Part shown: piece by piece, positions 60,320-64,000 of the stretch | Layout of the letters: each line of letters starts with the position of its first letter | Numbering within the stretch: position 1 is the first letter of the stretch | Origin: Octopus sinensis | Taxonomy: Eukaryota | Assembly: GCF_006345805.1 (NCBI RefSeq) | Contig: NC_042999.1 | Coordinates: 37,014,001 to 37,078,000, forward strand | Direction: 5' to 3' | DNA: 64,000 bases | The notes under the pieces: generated by a model | What the model saw: only the letters and a program-made list of their open reading frames with translations | The model's database searches: none | What the model was told of the DNA's origin: nothing | Position numbers and translations under genes: made by a program

Positions 60320-60703
60320 CTCTCTAAATAAATGTTTGTCAAGTTCCGATTGATTTTTTACGTGGCTTCCATAGATTTGGCAATGACGAAACGACAATCA
60401 GCTTGAAGAGTTTGAGAGGCTAAAGAAGTGAGGAGAAAAAAAAAAAAATCAGAGGATGAAAGTAAAAAAAGCCACAGTGTAAATATCTTGGTGGTTCCAA
60501 AGAGGAAATTCCCTCAAGTCAAGCCATCTGCCTCAAGTAGCGAGGCTCCACGCGGACACTGCCACAAACTGTCGGCTGCCAAGTCTAGCGACACACGTGA
60601 CCTGCACCAACCTTAGCAGTATTACTACAGCAAAACCTTTGAGTTAAACGGACCCCCTATTAAATGCATTTCGGACTTGACGGACCGAAATAATTATACA
60701 GAC

Positions 60704-61118
60704 GGCGATCTTTCGTCTCTAGTAGACCTTTCCGTCGATTTCCGTAAAAAAAATTTTTTTTTTTACATATGGGCTTGCGGGAACTTTTGAAGTAATATAC
60801 ATGCATATACACATACACCGAGTAAAAAATTTCAGTTATCTCTTTCTTTCACACATTACTCTGTCTCTTCACACACACTAACAGAAGCACTTCACTTACA
60901 CAACATTCTGTCTGTCTCCCACACCCCATCAAACACACACACATGTACATCAATGCTTGTCATGCACGGTAACTTCAAAAGAACTTCCTCGTCATAAAAT
61001 GGCTTTCTCTTAGTCTCTTTCGCTCTCATTACTTCAAAAGTTCCCGCAAGCCCATATGTAAAAAAAAAATTTTTTTACGGAAATCGACGGAAAGGTCTAC
61101 TAGAGACGAAAGATTGCC
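60704..61118. mobile_element. Merlin-like MITE copy 1 (~415 bp, ~90 bp TIRs)
   Basis: GGCGATCTTTCGTCTCTAGTAGACC... / ...GGTCTACTAGAGACGAAAGATTGCC; no TSD visible. Confidence 0.8.
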
Positions 61119-61684
61119 TGTAATACAATACTGTATTACCATTAAAGTCACTACAAGTTACTATTTTAATACACTACCCACCAGAATAGAAGGATTACAT
61201 ATTTTTTTGTTATAATTTAGAAATTCTATATGATGTGAATTGTATCAAAACTTCTTTGGTACAATAATCCCTTAGTTACCATCTATGTAACGGACTTTCT
61301 TTTATTAATAATAAATACAACATTTATTAACCACATATATGTTTAATGTTAATTAATTAATTGGTAAAGCAATTAGTAACACAAGTCATCGCACAGATGT
61401 TTGGTCGTAAGAAGTAAACAATGTGTAGAACTGGTTTTTGGCAATAGACGCATGCGTCCTGTTCACTTGTCGAACCAGACTTTCGTCTTGGTATGTAAAC
61501 CCGAGAGAATTTTCTCTTTTATTTCATAGTTTTCTCACATTTTAATGATTTTGCGAAACTATTCCCATTATAGATCGTGAAAAATTAATCCTACTACCTC
61601 TGTGATTAATATAATGTATCATGAAATTCTTGTACGTTTAATTTATCTTTCAACGTGCGAAATGTTTTGCACATGTGGCTCTGT

Positions 61685-61770
61685 TGAGATTGATTTCTTT
61701 TACTAGGTATAACCGTAGTTCAGCTTGTGAGATTGATTTCTTTTACTAGGTATAACCGTAGTTCAGCTTG
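61685..61770. repeat. Perfect 43 bp tandem duplication
   Basis: TGAGATTGATTTCTTTTACTAGGTATAACCGTAGTTCAGCTTG x2. Confidence 0.9.
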
Positions 61771-61835
61771 TTAAATTCATTTGCAGTAAACGAGTAAAAA
61801 TAAGCATTCGAATGGAGTAAAAACATTAGAATTAT

Positions 61836-62255
61836 GGCGATCTTTCGTCTCTAGTAGACCTTTCCGTCGATTTCCGTAAAAAAATATTTTTTTTTTACAT
61901 ATGGGCTTGCGAGAACTTTTGAAGTAATATACATACATATACACATACACCGAGTAAAAAATTTCAGTTATCTCTTTCTTTCACACATTACTTTGTCTCT
62001 TCACACACACTAACAGAAGCACTTCACTTACACAACATACTGTCTGTGTCTCACACCCCATGAAACACACACACACATGTACATCAATGCTTGCCATGCA
62101 CGGTAACTTCAAAAGAACTTCCCTCGTCATAAAATGGCTTTCTCTTAGTCTCTTTCGCTCTCATTACTTCAAAAGTTTCCGCAAGCCCATATGTAAAAAA
62201 AAAAAAAATTTTTACGGAAATCGACGGAAAGGTCTACTAGAGACGAAAGATTGCC
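61836..62255. mobile_element. Merlin-like MITE copy 2 (~420 bp)
   Basis: Same TIRs; 8 bp TSD AGAATTAT / AGAATTTT. Confidence 0.85.
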
Positions 62256-63493
62256 AGAATTTTTGATAAATTTGTCGAATATGTACGTAAACAAGCTCCA
62301 GTATAAAATGGAACAAACTACACAGAAACAAAACTTGATTGTCTACAAAAATTGTAAATATGTTATAAAGCGGTAATTGAGTCGTTTTTAAAATTTTAAT
62401 CCTACGGCTTTTGTGCCACTGAATTTCTGTAAATGTGTGATTTATCTTTCAACATGTGAAAGATTTTTTACTCGGCGTAACAATAGTTCAGCTTCTTAAA
62501 TTCAGTGAGGTAAACGAAGAAGAAAATTTTCGAATAAAAGATGGAAAAAAAAAATATTCGAATGAGTAAAAATGTTAGAATTTTTGGTAAAGTTGTCGAA
62601 TATCTACCTAGGGACCACATAGAAACAACGTGTTGGAATCCCTGAATATCTACAGCAATTCTAAAGTATGGCGTTTAATTGTTTATAAAATGTACTATAA
62701 AATCAGTTTACCCGTGTGGCATCACCAAATATCTACAAAAATTCTAAGGTGTGCTGTTTCATGTCTATAAAACAGACCATAAAGCATGAATGAATGAACT
62801 GGGTTTAATTACACGTGTAAAACGATTTGTAATTTGGGCGAATGAAGCATGTTTTTGTGTGACCCCTTCCGTTTTGTACTGTAAGTTGTTCAACGAACTT
62901 GCTAAGCACCGTCAGAATCGAAATATTTGTTGTACGGAATACACGAACACTAACAATGGAAAAGATTACTATCTTTTTCCTTTCCCATGAGGTATGAGGC
63001 TCTTGATCGAAAAGACTTCGCCAAAGGGAAATAAGATGAGATGGTCATAGCTGGAACCTCTTTGATTATATGTCTACTTGATCAGAGCTGATCTAAAGCT
63101 AAATACCAAACACAGTAGCTCTTAACACGATAGACATAATTCTTCTATCTCTGTCTTATTCGCCAAAAGTCACTCTGCAATCAAATGACTGAAACAAATA
63201 AAAGAATATTCTAAAACAACAGACGTTAAATATTGATGATGGTGATGATGATAATTTGTATGGACGCTTATCAGAAGAACCTTTTCTGTTCTAGGAATCT
63301 AGACTTAGTCCATCTTTCGGTTTAATGCTACAGCCTAGTCCTTAAGTGGAATTTGCATTCAGGTCAGTCTCCTGACTGAGCATAACTTTATCTTACCAGT
63401 TTTGTTAGCCACGAAAAGGGCCATGGTTGTTGCTCTTCTTTTTCTGACTAAATAATTGTTTAAAAAGAAAATGTAAAAGAACATGAACATATG

Positions 63494-63855
63494 TGCAGGA
63501 GTGGCTGTGTGGTAAATAGCTTGTTTACCAACCACATGGTTGTGGGTTCAGTCCCACTGCGTGGCACCATGGGCAAGTGTCTTCTACTATAGCCTCGGGC
63601 CAACCAAAGCCTTGTGAGTGGATCTGGTAGACGGAAACTGAAAGAAGCCTGTCGTATATATGTATATATATATATGTGTGTGTTTGTGTTTGTCCCCCTA
63701 GCATTGCTTGACAACCAATGCTGGTGTGTTTACGTCACCGTTACTTAGTGGTTCGGCAAAACAGACCGATAGAATAAGTGCCGGGGTCGAGTTGCTCGAT
63801 TAAAGGCGGTGCTCCAGCATGGCCACAGTCAAATGACTGAAACAAGTAAAAGAGT
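63494..63855 (+). mobile_element. SINE family A, near full length
   Basis: Consensus match with an internal deletion near the tail. Confidence 0.85.
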
Positions 63856-64000
63856 ATATTACTTAGGCTGACATGTTAATATAGACTTTGAAAAATGTTA
63901 AAGTGTAGTGTAGATTTGGAATAAAAGTATTTTTTTTATGCATGTAACATTCAGCAGAAAAACAAAAACTGAAAAATCTCTCAATAAATTTATGTATTAG

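Noticed and set aside
60320-60397. N-terminal extension of GPR180 in the ORF track (MSFRHC...)
   Set aside because: Starts at TTG, a bacterial-style call; the first in-frame ATG (60319) directly precedes the signal peptide.
264-63714. Recurring short ORFs such as ...[18 protein letters not shown]..., ...[13 protein letters not shown]..., ...[14 protein letters not shown]...
   Set aside because: Translations of SINE and RTE 3'UTR copies; they recur because the repeats recur.

Overview
AT-rich, repeat-dense animal genomic DNA. The SINE/LINE repertoire looks like an Octopus-type cephalopod (inference). Two spliced genes converge tail-to-tail. (1) + strand: the last 11 coding exons of a TBL1X/TBL1XR1 (ebi) WD40 co-repressor gene, 43..17269; the 5' part lies upstream of the window. 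(2) - strand: a complete 9-exon GPR180 (ITR) gene, ATG at 60319 to stop at 31070, 442 aa. All splice junctions were read by hand; they are GT-AG and phase-consistent. The rest is mostly mobile DNA: at least three tRNA-derived SINE families, RTE, CR1, Jockey-like and Hero-like (RLE) LINE relics, mariner, piggyBac and Merlin/Mutator-like elements, Helitrons, a Helentron-type HINE, and a 2.9 kb self-complementary TA satellite. Best leads: minimal hammerhead-ribozyme-like folds in Penelope-type repeats (two carry the same non-canonical core change), a ~4 kb composite Helitron with a nested piggyBac and a ~600 bp palindrome, and a 599 bp foldback element whose loop carries TTAGGG repeats. I see no clear new protein-coding system, and almost all ORFs in the supplied track are spurious. 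Repeat boundaries are approximate unless a TSD or TIR is quoted. Family assignments are from recall, not database searches.
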